From contig JBGAJA010000001.1 in the NCBI GenBank assembly GCA_044225175.1, forward strand, positions 678,711 through 742,710: a DNA stretch of 64,000 bases, read 5' to 3'. Below, one piece after another: positions 1-9,014 of this stretch (position 1 is the first letter of the stretch; each line of letters opens with the position of its first letter). This DNA is from Candidatus Omnitrophota bacterium. Its GTDB lineage: Bacteria > Omnitrophota > Gorgyraeia > Zapsychrales > Fredricksoniimonadaceae. The notes under the pieces are model-generated. The model ran no database searches. It was not told the origin of the DNA and saw only the letters and a program-made list of their open reading frames with translations. The position numbers and the translations under genes were made by a program.

Positions 1-191
1 CCCTTTTTTTCAGCGGATGACCAGAAAGATTTATATCCTTTAGGTTTCAATATATGTTCCGCTAATTGATCGGGATGGGCTTTGGTTTCTTGAAGGGCCA
101 AAATATCTGGGTTTTCTTTTTCTACCCATTGGAAAAACCCTTTTTTCTCAATGGCACGAATGCCATTCACATTAAAAGAAATGATTTTCAT
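1..191 (-). CDS. xth: Exodeoxyribonuclease III / AP endonuclease (5' part, runs off window)
   Basis: Hand translation from ATG at 191: MKIISFNVNGIRAIEKKGFFQWVEKENPDILALQETKA...WSSAEKKG; NVNGIRA and LQETK are ExoIII motifs. Not in the ORF track; ATGA overlap with the upstream gene stop. Confidence 0.92.
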   Translation of the reverse strand, partial: MKIISFNVNGIRAIEKKGFFQWVEKENPDILALQETKAHPDQLAEHILKPKGYKSFWSSAEKK

Positions 192-790
192 TTTTTTATT
201 TCTACTGGAAAAATAATCCCCATCGAAACCATTGCCTTAAGTGTTTCTTCAACGGTCCAACCTGGGTCTCTTGTTTCTTCGGATTTCACTAAAATAATAT
301 AACCTAATAAAGGATTGTGTGTTGCAGGAATTAAAATTCTATATAAGACTTCTTCGGTGGCCTTATCTGTAATAATTCCTGTTAAAAAACCAATCATCCA
401 ACCATTGACTGTATTACTTTTAACTAACAAAACCTTTTGAAAAGCCTGCTTATCTGAAGCCATGGAGAAGCTTTCAGAAAGCTCTTTACCTAATTGATAG
501 ACGATTTTTATGACTGGAATGCGCTGAGTAATCCTTCCCATAGCATGCAAAATTTCACGACCAACAACGTTACTGACAATCATCCCAATGAAGTATAAAA
601 ATACCAATAAAAGAAGAATTCCTAATCCTGGAATATGACGCACTTCTATAAATTGTTCTAAAACACCTACAATTTTCTTATCTATTAATTTATAAAGTAA
701 GGTAACGGCAATGACTGTTAGTAAAAGAGGAATGATAGCTAAAAGGCCACGGAAGATATAAATTCGAATATGGGAGAAAAAGTTTTTCAT
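188..790 (-). CDS. DUF502-family membrane protein
   Basis: Two N-terminal TM helices, RIPVIKIVY, P..HNP..GY and WTVEETLKAMVSMG motifs. Confidence 0.8.
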   Translation of the reverse strand: MKNFFSHIRIYIFRGLLAIIPLLLTVIAVTLLYKLIDKKIVGVLEQFIEVRHIPGLGILLLLVFLYFIGMIVSNVVGREILHAMGRITQRIPVIKIVYQLGKELSESFSMASDKQAFQKVLLVKSNTVNGWMIGFLTGIITDKATEEVLYRILIPATHNPLLGYIILVKSEETRDPGWTVEETLKAMVSMGIIFPVEIKK

Positions 791-2112
791 CGTACTGGTG
801 GTTTAATGATTAAACGCAAACCCCGATCATAAGTAAAATAATTCCAAGCCCAATTGACTAGAACAACTATTCTATTTCGAAAGCCAACTAAGGTCATCAA
901 ATGAACAAATAGCCAAATCAGCCATCCCAATAACCCTTGGGTCTTAAAATATTTCAAATCAACAACCGCATGATTCCGTCCAACGGTAGCCATAACACCA
1001 GGATCTTTATATTCAAATGCAGTCAATGGTTTATGGTTTAAGATGTTAAGAAAGTTTTTAGCTAAATGTTTGGCTTGTTGGATTGCCACAGGTGCAAGCA
1101 TCGGCTGACCTTTTGGGTTCTTCTCAGTAGCCACACAGGCCATATCACCTATGGCAAAGATATTTTCATACCCTTCTATTTGATTGTAAGAATTAACCTT
1201 AATTCTTCCACCTGCCATCAAAGATTCAGATTTTAATCCTGGAATGAGCACGCTTGCAACACCTGCCGCCCAAATAACACTATCAGTTAAAATTTGTTTT
1301 CCGTTTGAAAGTGTGAGTAACCTTCCATCATAGGAAACAACCTTTGTTTTAAGCCATAAGTTGATATTATATTCTTTAAGAAATTTTGTAGCGCTCTTAG
1401 ATGACTCTTGCGACATAGCATTCAATAAACGATCAGCCATATCGACCACATGGATCTGCATCATTTTAAGGTCTAATTCTGGATAATCATGAGGCAAGAT
1501 TTGGAGCTTCAATTCAGCTAATGCGCCTGCCATCTCAACCCCTGTTGGACCTCCTCCAATAACCACAATATTCATGAGTCTTTGACGGTCTTCATTACTA
1601 TCCATCAAAAGCGCCTTTTCCATATTCTCCAGGATCAAATTACGCAATTGCCCTGCTTCAGGAATAGATTTCATAGGAAGAGCATGTTTTTGAAAATCCT
1701 TCATCCCAAAGTAATTGGTTGTAGAACCTGCAGCTAAAACCAAATAATCATAGTCAACCTCTCCAATTGAGGTCTTAATTTTATTCTGGGAAGCTAAAAC
1801 TTCTTGGACTTCAGCCATACGGAAAATGAAATTTTCTTGACCTTGAAATATTTCACGAAATGGATAGGCAATTGAATCTGGTTCTAATGCAGCAGTTGCC
1901 ACCTGATATAAAAGTGGCTGGAAAGTATGGTAATTATTTTTATCAATGAGGATAATATGGGCATCTAGATGCTTAAGAGAACGAGCCAGTTGTAACCCCC
2001 CAAAGCCACCTCCTACTATCACAATGCGAGGTTTGCTGGTTGTTGGAATATTGACTGAAGTTTCAAGGCTTTCAGCGGAATTTAATGGTATGGATGTCAT
2101 GGTGTTACTCAT
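787..2112 (-). CDS. ndh: Type II NADH:quinone oxidoreductase
   Basis: GGGFGG FAD motif, FQPLLYQVAT, GGGPTGVEMAG, WAAGV, C-terminal WLFVHL. Confidence 0.93.
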   Translation of the reverse strand: MSNTMTSIPLNSAESLETSVNIPTTSKPRIVIVGGGFGGLQLARSLKHLDAHIILIDKNNYHTFQPLLYQVATAALEPDSIAYPFREIFQGQENFIFRMAEVQEVLASQNKIKTSIGEVDYDYLVLAAGSTTNYFGMKDFQKHALPMKSIPEAGQLRNLILENMEKALLMDSNEDRQRLMNIVVIGGGPTGVEMAGALAELKLQILPHDYPELDLKMMQIHVVDMADRLLNAMSQESSKSATKFLKEYNINLWLKTKVVSYDGRLLTLSNGKQILTDSVIWAAGVASVLIPGLKSESLMAGGRIKVNSYNQIEGYENIFAIGDMACVATEKNPKGQPMLAPVAIQQAKHLAKNFLNILNHKPLTAFEYKDPGVMATVGRNHAVVDLKYFKTQGLLGWLIWLFVHLMTLVGFRNRIVVLVNWAWNYFTYDRGLRLIIKPPVR

Positions 2113-2223
2113 AAGGATTGTTATAGTATCATCAAAAAATTTTTTTGAATATGAAAATCTTGGTAATGATTCTCTGGAAATTTGAATTGACTTTATTCTT
2201 ATCGTCAGTAATATAACTTTTCT

Positions 2224-4065
2224 ATGGCAAACCGTAAACCAGTAGACATTAATCTAAAAACACCCCCAGAAGCCTTTTGCAAGGAAGAGCTTAATAAGAT
2301 TGCTAGCAGCGGCTTTGTGGGCAATTTAAAGAACGACTTTAGTGATTTTTCCAGAGCTGATTTGGCTTGGGAGTCTGAAGCTTTGGCTAAGTCTCACGGT
2401 ATGTATCTTGAGTTTAACCGTGCTAAAACGGGTGAAGAAAAAGAATGGATTTACATGGTCCGCATCTCTATCCCAGGTGGAGGCCCCTTAAATCGCCAGC
2501 AATGGAATATTATAGACCAACTTACAGAACGATTTACTAAAGACAGTGATGGCGTCCCTTCTATTCGTTTAACTAACCGTCAAAACATTCAATTTCACTG
2601 GATTAAAAAAGAAAATGTCATTGAATTAATCCGTACCCTGGCCGAATCTGGCTTAAATACCCTTAATGGCTGCGGGGATAACACTCGTAATGTCATGGGC
2701 TGCCCGGCTTCTCGTTTTTCTAAAATCTATGATGCTAATGCCATGGCTCAAAAAGCTGGGCTTTATTTCCAACTACCTGTTGAACCTTTCATTCAGGTAT
2801 GGGAAATTGACCCTAAATATATCCGTAAACCTGAAGAATCCTTTGCCTATGGCAAGAATCTATTAAATCGTAAGTTTAAAATTGCCTTCTCTGGTGTACT
2901 TGAAGATGAAAATGGCAAGTTGTCCGTCGACAATTGCGTCGAAGCATTAACAAATGATGCTTCTGTGGTCCCTGTCATTAAAGATAACAAAATCGTTAAA
3001 TTTCAAATTTATGTTGGCGGTGGTCAAGGTGAACGTAATGGTAAACCTTCCATGGCAACTTTAGGTAAGGCCTTGGGCCAAGTTGACAAAGATGATGTCC
3101 TCAAAGCCTTGGATGCTGTTGTTAAAGTGCATCAAGAATGGGGCGATCGTCAAAACCGTGTGTGGGCCCGAGTAAAATTTGTGGTTAGAAAGATGGGAAT
3201 TGCCTGGTACCGCGAACAAGTTGAGAAAGTTCTAGGCAAAAAAATTGGAGATCCGGATCCTAATTTGGATGTTGGCGCTCGTCACATGCATCATGGCTGG
3301 ATTAAACAAGCCACTAATGGCTTATGGGCTTATGGTGCTTTCATTGAAAACGGGCGTCTTAATGACATTAGCCCTAACGGCAAACTCAAAAGCATGTGCC
3401 GTCATTTAATGAATAAATATCCAATCGAATTTATCATTACACCTAATCAAGATGCTCTCTTTACGAATATTCCAGAAAGCTCTAAGGCTGAGTTTGAAGC
3501 AGATATGGCTTCTTTTGGTTTTGGTAAACGTAATGGCAAAGCTTATTCTAAACTTCGTCTTCTCTCTGGGGCTTGTGTTGGACGTGACACATGCCGTTTG
3601 ACCTATACTGATTCTGAGAAATTCGAACCTTTCCTAGTAGATGAACTTGAAGCTATGGGCTGGGGTGATATTGAGGAATCGATAGGAATTACAGGCTGCG
3701 AAAGACAATGCTTTAGACCCGCTACCAAAACCATTGGTTTGGTAGGAGCTGGTATGAATCGTTATCAGTTAAAGCTTATGGGAACTGAAGATGGCAGACA
3801 TCAAGGTTTACCCTTAATGCTACCAGATGGAGACCACATTTTTCTTAAATCGATCCCCCGTGAACGTGTTTCTAAGGTCATTGATGTTCTTTTGAAACAT
3901 TGGAAGGCTAATGCCAAACCTGGTGAAGGTTTAGGATACTTTAATAACCGTATTGGTATGCCAGCTATTATTGAACTCTTCAAAAATGATCCCACAACCG
4001 CGGATTTAATGGCTAAGCCCCTACCTGCTGACTGCGTTGTGGATAACTCAACGCCCATCTCATAA
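2224..4065 (+). CDS. cysI: Siroheme/[4Fe-4S] sulfite (or nitrite) reductase hemoprotein
   Basis: RLTNRQNIQFH, CGDNTRNV, RKFKIA, ACVGRDTC and TGCERQC Cys ligands; sulfite role inferred from the cys operon in this window. Confidence 0.8.
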   Translation: MANRKPVDINLKTPPEAFCKEELNKIASSGFVGNLKNDFSDFSRADLAWESEALAKSHGMYLEFNRAKTGEEKEWIYMVRISIPGGGPLNRQQWNIIDQLTERFTKDSDGVPSIRLTNRQNIQFHWIKKENVIELIRTLAESGLNTLNGCGDNTRNVMGCPASRFSKIYDANAMAQKAGLYFQLPVEPFIQVWEIDPKYIRKPEESFAYGKNLLNRKFKIAFSGVLEDENGKLSVDNCVEALTNDASVVPVIKDNKIVKFQIYVGGGQGERNGKPSMATLGKALGQVDKDDVLKALDAVVKVHQEWGDRQNRVWARVKFVVRKMGIAWYREQVEKVLGKKIGDPDPNLDVGARHMHHGWIKQATNGLWAYGAFIENGRLNDISPNGKLKSMCRHLMNKYPIEFIITPNQDALFTNIPESSKAEFEADMASFGFGKRNGKAYSKLRLLSGACVGRDTCRLTYTDSEKFEPFLVDELEAMGWGDIEESIGITGCERQCFRPATKTIGLVGAGMNRYQLKLMGTEDGRHQGLPLMLPDGDHIFLKSIPRERVSKVIDVLLKHWKANAKPGEGLGYFNNRIGMPAIIELFKNDPTTADLMAKPLPADCVVDNSTPIS

Positions 4066-6021
4066 TAAAGAGCTATTGGTAATAGGAGTGATTTTGGTGA
4101 TAATGGCCTTCACACCAGAAAAATCATGGCTTTGAAATTGTTTTACCATGGCTGGATCCCAATGAACATTAATCTTGTCCCCTGTGACTTCAAGGGTCAT
4201 AGATTTGGAATTAAGGTCAATACCTCCTGGTGATGAAACCATCGCTTCATCGTTTGTCGGCTGTATTTTGCTTTGATCAATCATCCATGTCTTGATTCTT
4301 TCTATATCTGTCAGGGGTTGCTTTAAAATAATTCCTATTTTGACTTTTCCTGTTCCTGGCGGAATGTAATTTAGACGTTCTTCCGTACCTGTGGCCAGGG
4401 ATGCTTTTCTTATAATGAGATACCATCGCTGTGCCTGCGCGTGAAAAGGACCTTCATATAAAATGAGTGCCCTTTCTGTTTGATCCCCATTTCTTAAAAC
4501 CCCTAACCTAGGCTTGACTTGAGTCTTAAGAATAGACTGAATATCACCTTTGTATAATTCATGTCTTAGCCAAGCTCGTAACTGTTGGCGTTTGTCTCGC
4601 ACAGGTCCTGAGAGAATAAACCCTATCTTCATCCCGCCTTGGGGTGAATCATGGTGTACAACCTGGCAATTAATCGCTATAGCAGCCTGCTCAAAGATGT
4701 CTAGAACTTGAGAATTCTTGGTTCCTTCAAAAACAACTAACGCCTGGACTGTTGTCGAGTCTTTGGTAAAAGCATCTATTGTAGGAATAGATCTAGTATT
4801 TAATTGATGAATGAGCTGATCCAGGACTTCCAGGCGATTTTGTTGAGTATCTTCAATACTTGGATGGTTTAGAGAGTGTATATTCGCTGTAACAGCTACC
4901 AAATCCCCTGTAGGAGCATTCAGCATAGCCGGATCTCTTTGGCTGACCAGCTCAACATCCGCACGCATCTTCAATCCCCCTGAGAAATACCTCCTAGGGA
5001 TCCTTTGGCCGTTTTGGATATTATCTTTAATATAGTTAAACACACCCTTCTTATAGGCCTTGAGGTATTCCTGATAAATCTGTTCTTTGATGGTCTTATC
5101 TTGGGTATCTACCCCATTAATCTTGGCTTTGTTGCTGTAGACTTGATTCAGTAAGGATTGCTTGAGGTTTTTCTTATACCAGGCAGCTAGAATCATGGAA
5201 TGAAAGATTTGGCGTAAGTTAGCAAATGTCTTGCCTTCATTGACCTCTTTTTCCAACTCTGGAAGAACGATGTCTCGGATGATTTGACTACTCAAAAAGG
5301 TGTCTGACACCTTTTTGTCGTGTTTTTGACTTGCCAGATAGTCTTCTTCCAACATCACCTTCAAATGACTTCCCACAACGAACGCTGTATTGTCATGCAC
5401 ATACACTTTAGCCTTATCTGCTACAATCCACACCTTATTAAACGTATTAACGGGAATTTCAGTTGAACCATACAGGGCTTGGGCTTTGGTATAGACTTTG
5501 TTCCAGAATTCTTTGCCTAATTCCTTCTCAGGATAGATTAATGATGCGGTTAACTGCTTTAGCACATAATCTTGGGCTAGCATGTCCCTTCCCATCTCGG
5601 TTTGACCTAATTGCTCTGGCACAATACGGTCTTTTTCATAGGGAGATAAGTTCACCCATAGGTCTTCTTCGGGTAAGGTTAATGAGGCTAGGAAATATTT
5701 GATTAATTTTTCGGATTCCTGGCGTAGGGGCGAATCTTGCATTCGCCCTTCTTGGGATCGGGCAAGCCCATCCCCTACAGATAATCCCGTATTCCCCGTA
5801 TCCACAATAAAATCAAACAAAACAGGATTCTCTGGATATACCTTAAGCCCTTTGACCATAACAGGTACATAGGCCGATGTTAAACTGACCATGCTGCCTG
5901 GTGTGGGTAATCCTAAGTCAGTGGGAGTTTGGGCATGGACAGAAGGTACAAGTATAAGACTGAGTATAAGAATGCTTATAATAAAGCGACCAAGATGGAA
6001 GTTTGGAATATATGTAATCAT
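4060..6021 (-). CDS. Secreted modular protein: conserved N-domain + variable cargo + GGIDL C-terminal module (paralog of 53762-56635)
   Basis: Signal peptide ending VHA-Q; long blocks shared with the 957-aa ORF (DLWVNLSPYEKDRI, TEMGRD.LAQDY.LKQ, FNKVWIV, LEEDYLA, EKEVNEGK). Confidence 0.85.
   Translation of the reverse strand: MITYIPNFHLGRFIISILILSLILVPSVHAQTPTDLGLPTPGSMVSLTSAYVPVMVKGLKVYPENPVLFDFIVDTGNTGLSVGDGLARSQEGRMQDSPLRQESEKLIKYFLASLTLPEEDLWVNLSPYEKDRIVPEQLGQTEMGRDMLAQDYVLKQLTASLIYPEKELGKEFWNKVYTKAQALYGSTEIPVNTFNKVWIVADKAKVYVHDNTAFVVGSHLKVMLEEDYLASQKHDKKVSDTFLSSQIIRDIVLPELEKEVNEGKTFANLRQIFHSMILAAWYKKNLKQSLLNQVYSNKAKINGVDTQDKTIKEQIYQEYLKAYKKGVFNYIKDNIQNGQRIPRRYFSGGLKMRADVELVSQRDPAMLNAPTGDLVAVTANIHSLNHPSIEDTQQNRLEVLDQLIHQLNTRSIPTIDAFTKDSTTVQALVVFEGTKNSQVLDIFEQAAIAINCQVVHHDSPQGGMKIGFILSGPVRDKRQQLRAWLRHELYKGDIQSILKTQVKPRLGVLRNGDQTERALILYEGPFHAQAQRWYLIIRKASLATGTEERLNYIPPGTGKVKIGIILKQPLTDIERIKTWMIDQSKIQPTNDEAMVSSPGGIDLNSKSMTLEVTGDKINVHWDPAMVKQFQSHDFSGVKAIITKITPITNSSLL
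5293..5317. repeat. 25-bp palindromic REP-like element inside CDS (copy 1)
   Basis: CAAAAAGGTGTC-T-GACACCTTTTTG, identical to the intergenic copy at 34558-34582; translated as (D)KKVSDTFL. Confidence 0.85.
5724..5778. repeat. GTAG-type REP doublet (BIME-like) inside CDS
   Basis: GTAGGGGCGAAT-CTTGC-ATTCGCCC plus inverted GGGATCGGGC-AA-GCCCATCCCCTAC; absent from the paralog. Confidence 0.8.
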
Positions 6022-6108
6022 AATGTCTGAAAGTATAGCATATGGTATTTAAATAAGCACTTTAGATTAAAAATATGTATAAAGTATTGATAAATATATA
6101 GTTACAAT

Positions 6109-6138
6109 AAAAAAACCCTGTACCGTACGGCACAGGGT
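6109..6138 (-). terminator. Intrinsic terminator
   Basis: Minus strand ACCCTGTGCC-GTAC-GGTACAGGGT followed by a T run. Confidence 0.8.
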
Positions 6139-6191
6139 ATATATTCTTATAATGACAAGAGGCCGCTTATTAAGCGCGCCTAGAGAGGTTT

Positions 6192-6284
6192 TTAGATAAG
6201 GACATTAGCCTCATCCCAAGCAAAAGTTGATTCATCCTCTTGCTGACCTTTTTGTTCTGATTCTTGATTATGTGGACCGATCAT
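6192..6284 (-). CDS. Unannotated 30-aa small ORF (MIGPHNQESEQKGQQEDESTFAWDEANVLI)
   Basis: AGGAGGTG SD 8 nt upstream, its own promoter (6353-6381) and terminator (6109-6138). Confidence 0.5.
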   Translation of the reverse strand: MIGPHNQESEQKGQQEDESTFAWDEANVLI

Positions 6285-6352
6285 GTGAACAACACCTCCT
6301 TAAAAGCTCCCATAGGGTTTTTACCCTTTATCTTGGGATTAGATATGGTGTA

Positions 6353-6381
6353 AATATACATGATTTTAAGAAAATTGCCAA
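6353..6381 (-). promoter_or_regulatory. Sigma70-type promoter for sORF/ncRNA unit
   Basis: TTGGCA-17 nt-TATATT. Confidence 0.55.
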
Positions 6382-6416
6382 GTAATATTTTGGGGTGGGA
6401 TTCTAGTAAAATTTTA

Positions 6417-6773
6417 CTAATCTCTATGCACGGTATTGGGGCTAAAAGCTGGTAAACAGACAGCAATGTATTCTGCACCCACATCCGGAGTGCTGTATCG
6501 AACCCATTCGCCTGCATTTGTGATGACAGCTTGTCCTTCTTTTACTATAATGGTGCCATTTTGGGAATCAACTTGCAAAATACCTTTTAAAACATAGGTA
6601 TATTCATTAAATTCTGGAGTTTGGCCAGGCTCTACCCATCCTTGAGGACTATTCATGTGAGCAATACTAAGTTCGAATGTTTTTGAATTAATATTGCCCA
6701 CCAATTCTTTGATAATTTTTGGTTTATTTCCTGCAGCTTCAATTTGAGTGGGTTTTTCAATTAATCTGGGCAT
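6417..6773 (-). CDS. Cupin-domain protein
   Basis: GWVEPGQTPEFNEYTYVLKG, GEWVRYSTP, CLPAFSP cupin subfamily motifs. Confidence 0.85.
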   Translation of the reverse strand: MPRLIEKPTQIEAAGNKPKIIKELVGNINSKTFELSIAHMNSPQGWVEPGQTPEFNEYTYVLKGILQVDSQNGTIIVKEGQAVITNAGEWVRYSTPDVGAEYIAVCLPAFSPNTVHRD

Positions 6774-6851
6774 GATGAAGACTCCTCTGAGGTAAATAAT
6801 AAATTTTGCTTAACATTTTTAAGCTCTAGAAGGATTTTAGACTTGAACAAT

Positions 6852-7193
6852 CTATTTGCGGCTTTTGGAAGAGGTTTCTTCTTCAAAAGCGACTCTTCCA
6901 ATGTGCCAAAGCTGACCCATGAAAGGACCAAACAAAAAACCTAAAGAAGTTACAACAGCACCAACGGATACAAATGACATGAATGCAATAAATATCTTTC
7001 CTGTAGTTGTATGTGGAGTATAAAAAGGCCCCTGACCTGTGGCAATCATGCTCATAAAATAAAAAGCATCTAAATAAGACATTTGTTCAATACAATGCAC
7101 ACCTACAGTTCCTACCAACATAATACTTGAAACTAAAATAAAAGAATAAAATGCGCGTTTATATATCGAGTGAAAAGGGTGTCTTTTAGTCAT
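6852..7193 (-). CDS. Small two-TM ion-channel-like protein (Ion_trans_2 fold)
   Basis: TM - SYLDAFYF..MIATGQG pore-helix/filter-like - TM. Confidence 0.65.
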   Translation of the reverse strand: MTKRHPFHSIYKRAFYSFILVSSIMLVGTVGVHCIEQMSYLDAFYFMSMIATGQGPFYTPHTTTGKIFIAFMSFVSVGAVVTSLGFLFGPFMGQLWHIGRVAFEEETSSKSRK

Positions 7194-7202
7194 TCAACTC
7201 AC

Positions 7203-8576
7203 TTATGAAATGGCAGACAGCATGCCAGTAATACGAGCAAATTTCTCTCTGGGTTTTCCTAAAGCTACACCACGTTCAATTTCTGCAGCATCAATTTTCT
7301 TCCAATCTGCAAAAGAAACCACACGTACTTCGCGATCTTTAAGGAATTTCAAAACAGCTTCGGTGCTAGGATTTTCACAAGGGTTTAAATGTTCAAGATC
7401 CATTAGAAGATGTCTGACTGTTTCTTCTGAATCGGGTTTATTTGTTCCAATAATTCCTGTTGCTCCTCTTTTAATCCAACCCGCAGCATACCAGCCAGTA
7501 TAAATATGTTCGGAATCAGTAACTCTCCCTCCCTGATTAGGAATAACGCCTGTTTGGCTTGAAAAAGGTAGCCCTTTAATAGGAATTCCTAAGTAACCAA
7601 CGCTTCTAAACACAATACCACAATCAATCTCTTCAAATTTTCCTGTCCCCCGCACCTTCTGATAGCCAGCTTCACCAACTAATTTATTAATTTCAAAACG
7701 AACTTTTTGAACTCGTCCTTTACCGATAATCTCTACTGGAGATCTTTTAAAATGTAATACAAACTTTCGTTTTCGATTGTTAGCTTCAAGGGTTTTAAAA
7801 TGAGTCATGATTTCATAATTTTTTCTTTTAGCTGCAAAGGTAGGATCTTCTAATTCTTTAAGGCTTGCTTCATTAAGCTCTAAATCTTCTGGATTAATAA
7901 TAGGATAACAGTCAGCCAATTCTCCCATCTCTTTAATTTCAGGAGCCGTAAAAGCTGCTTGCATAGGTCCACGTCGACCATACACATGTATTTCCTTTAT
8001 TTTGCTTTCCGCTAATACTTCGAGAGCATGTTGACTAATATCTGTTTTCTTAAGCTCATCAGGGGTTTTACTTAAGATTCTTGATACATCCATAGCCACA
8101 TTTCCTTGGCCTATAATGACAGCTACTTCTTGAGAAAAATCAAAATGGTGATCTTGGAAATCAGGATGACCATTATACCAGGCAACAAATTCTGTTGCTG
8201 TGTAGCTTCCAACTAAATCTTCTCCGTTAATTCCAAGGTGACGATCAGCTTCAGCACCAAACGCAAAAATAATTGCATCATAAAATTTTTGCAATTCAAA
8301 AACGCTAATATTTTTCCCAACAGTAACATTCCCTAGGAATGTAAAATTAGGGTTCTCTGCTGTCTTTTCAAAAACTTTTGTTACATTTTTTATTTTGGAA
8401 TGGTCAGGAGCAACCCCATAGCGAACTAAACCAAAAGGAACTGGTAATTTTTCAAACATATCCACTTTGATGTTCATTTTTTGTTTGAACAATTCTTCTG
8501 CTGCATAAAATGCGCTTGGCCCACTTCCGATAATAGCAATACGCAAAGGACGTTCCGATGTGCCGAGTGTAGACAT
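7203..8576 (-). CDS. Ferredoxin--NADP+ reductase (FprA/adrenodoxin reductase-like)
   Basis: GSGPSAFY, PFGLVRYGVAPDH, GQGNVAMD, GWIKRG..GIIGTN. Confidence 0.9.
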   Translation of the reverse strand: MSTLGTSERPLRIAIIGSGPSAFYAAEELFKQKMNIKVDMFEKLPVPFGLVRYGVAPDHSKIKNVTKVFEKTAENPNFTFLGNVTVGKNISVFELQKFYDAIIFAFGAEADRHLGINGEDLVGSYTATEFVAWYNGHPDFQDHHFDFSQEVAVIIGQGNVAMDVSRILSKTPDELKKTDISQHALEVLAESKIKEIHVYGRRGPMQAAFTAPEIKEMGELADCYPIINPEDLELNEASLKELEDPTFAAKRKNYEIMTHFKTLEANNRKRKFVLHFKRSPVEIIGKGRVQKVRFEINKLVGEAGYQKVRGTGKFEEIDCGIVFRSVGYLGIPIKGLPFSSQTGVIPNQGGRVTDSEHIYTGWYAAGWIKRGATGIIGTNKPDSEETVRHLLMDLEHLNPCENPSTEAVLKFLKDREVRVVSFADWKKIDAAEIERGVALGKPREKFARITGMLSAIS

Positions 8577-8594
8577 AAAATTCCTTCCTTAATT

Positions 8595-9014
8595 TTATTT
8601 CTTAACCTGGGTTGCTAAAACTAAATGTTTAATTCCTAAACGAGAAGCTGTATCAACAACTTGGACGACAAAATCATATTTAACGCTTCGATCTCCACTA
8701 ATGATAATGGCAGGATCTTTATACTTTTTTGCCAATGATTCTAATTTAAATTTAAAAAGATTCATATCTAAGTGCAGATTATATCGTTGATTTTCAAGAT
8801 AAACATCTCCACTGGCGGTGATGGTGACATTAATGTCCTTATTTTCAACGGTTCCTTCATTGTGCGACACTTGCGGTAATGCAATTTTAATACTGGAACG
8901 ATAGATGAAAGGTGTTGTAACCATGAAAATAATCAAAAGAACCAAAATCACGTCGGTAAATGGCGCTATATTGATGTCTGCAATTAAACGGCTGTTTCGC
9001 TGTCTTTTTTTCAT
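8595..9014 (-). CDS. exbD: ExbD/TolR biopolymer transport protein
   Basis: INIAPFTDVILVLLIIFMVTTP motif. Confidence 0.88.
   Translation of the reverse strand: MKKRQRNSRLIADINIAPFTDVILVLLIIFMVTTPFIYRSSIKIALPQVSHNEGTVENKDINVTITASGDVYLENQRYNLHLDMNLFKFKLESLAKKYKDPAIIISGDRSVKYDFVVQVVDTASRLGIKHLVLATQVKK

Noticed and set aside
66-302. 78-aa plus-strand ORF
   Set aside because: Antisense to xth and the DUF502 gene.
6109-6345. tmRNA, 6S or SRP RNA identity for the structured transcript
   Set aside because: No tRNA-like ends or T-loop, no single long 6S-type rod, and no SRP GGAA/AGCAG domain seen.
6281-6517. 78-aa minus-strand ORF
   Set aside because: Overlaps the cupin gene out of frame and runs through a promoter region; no coding signal.
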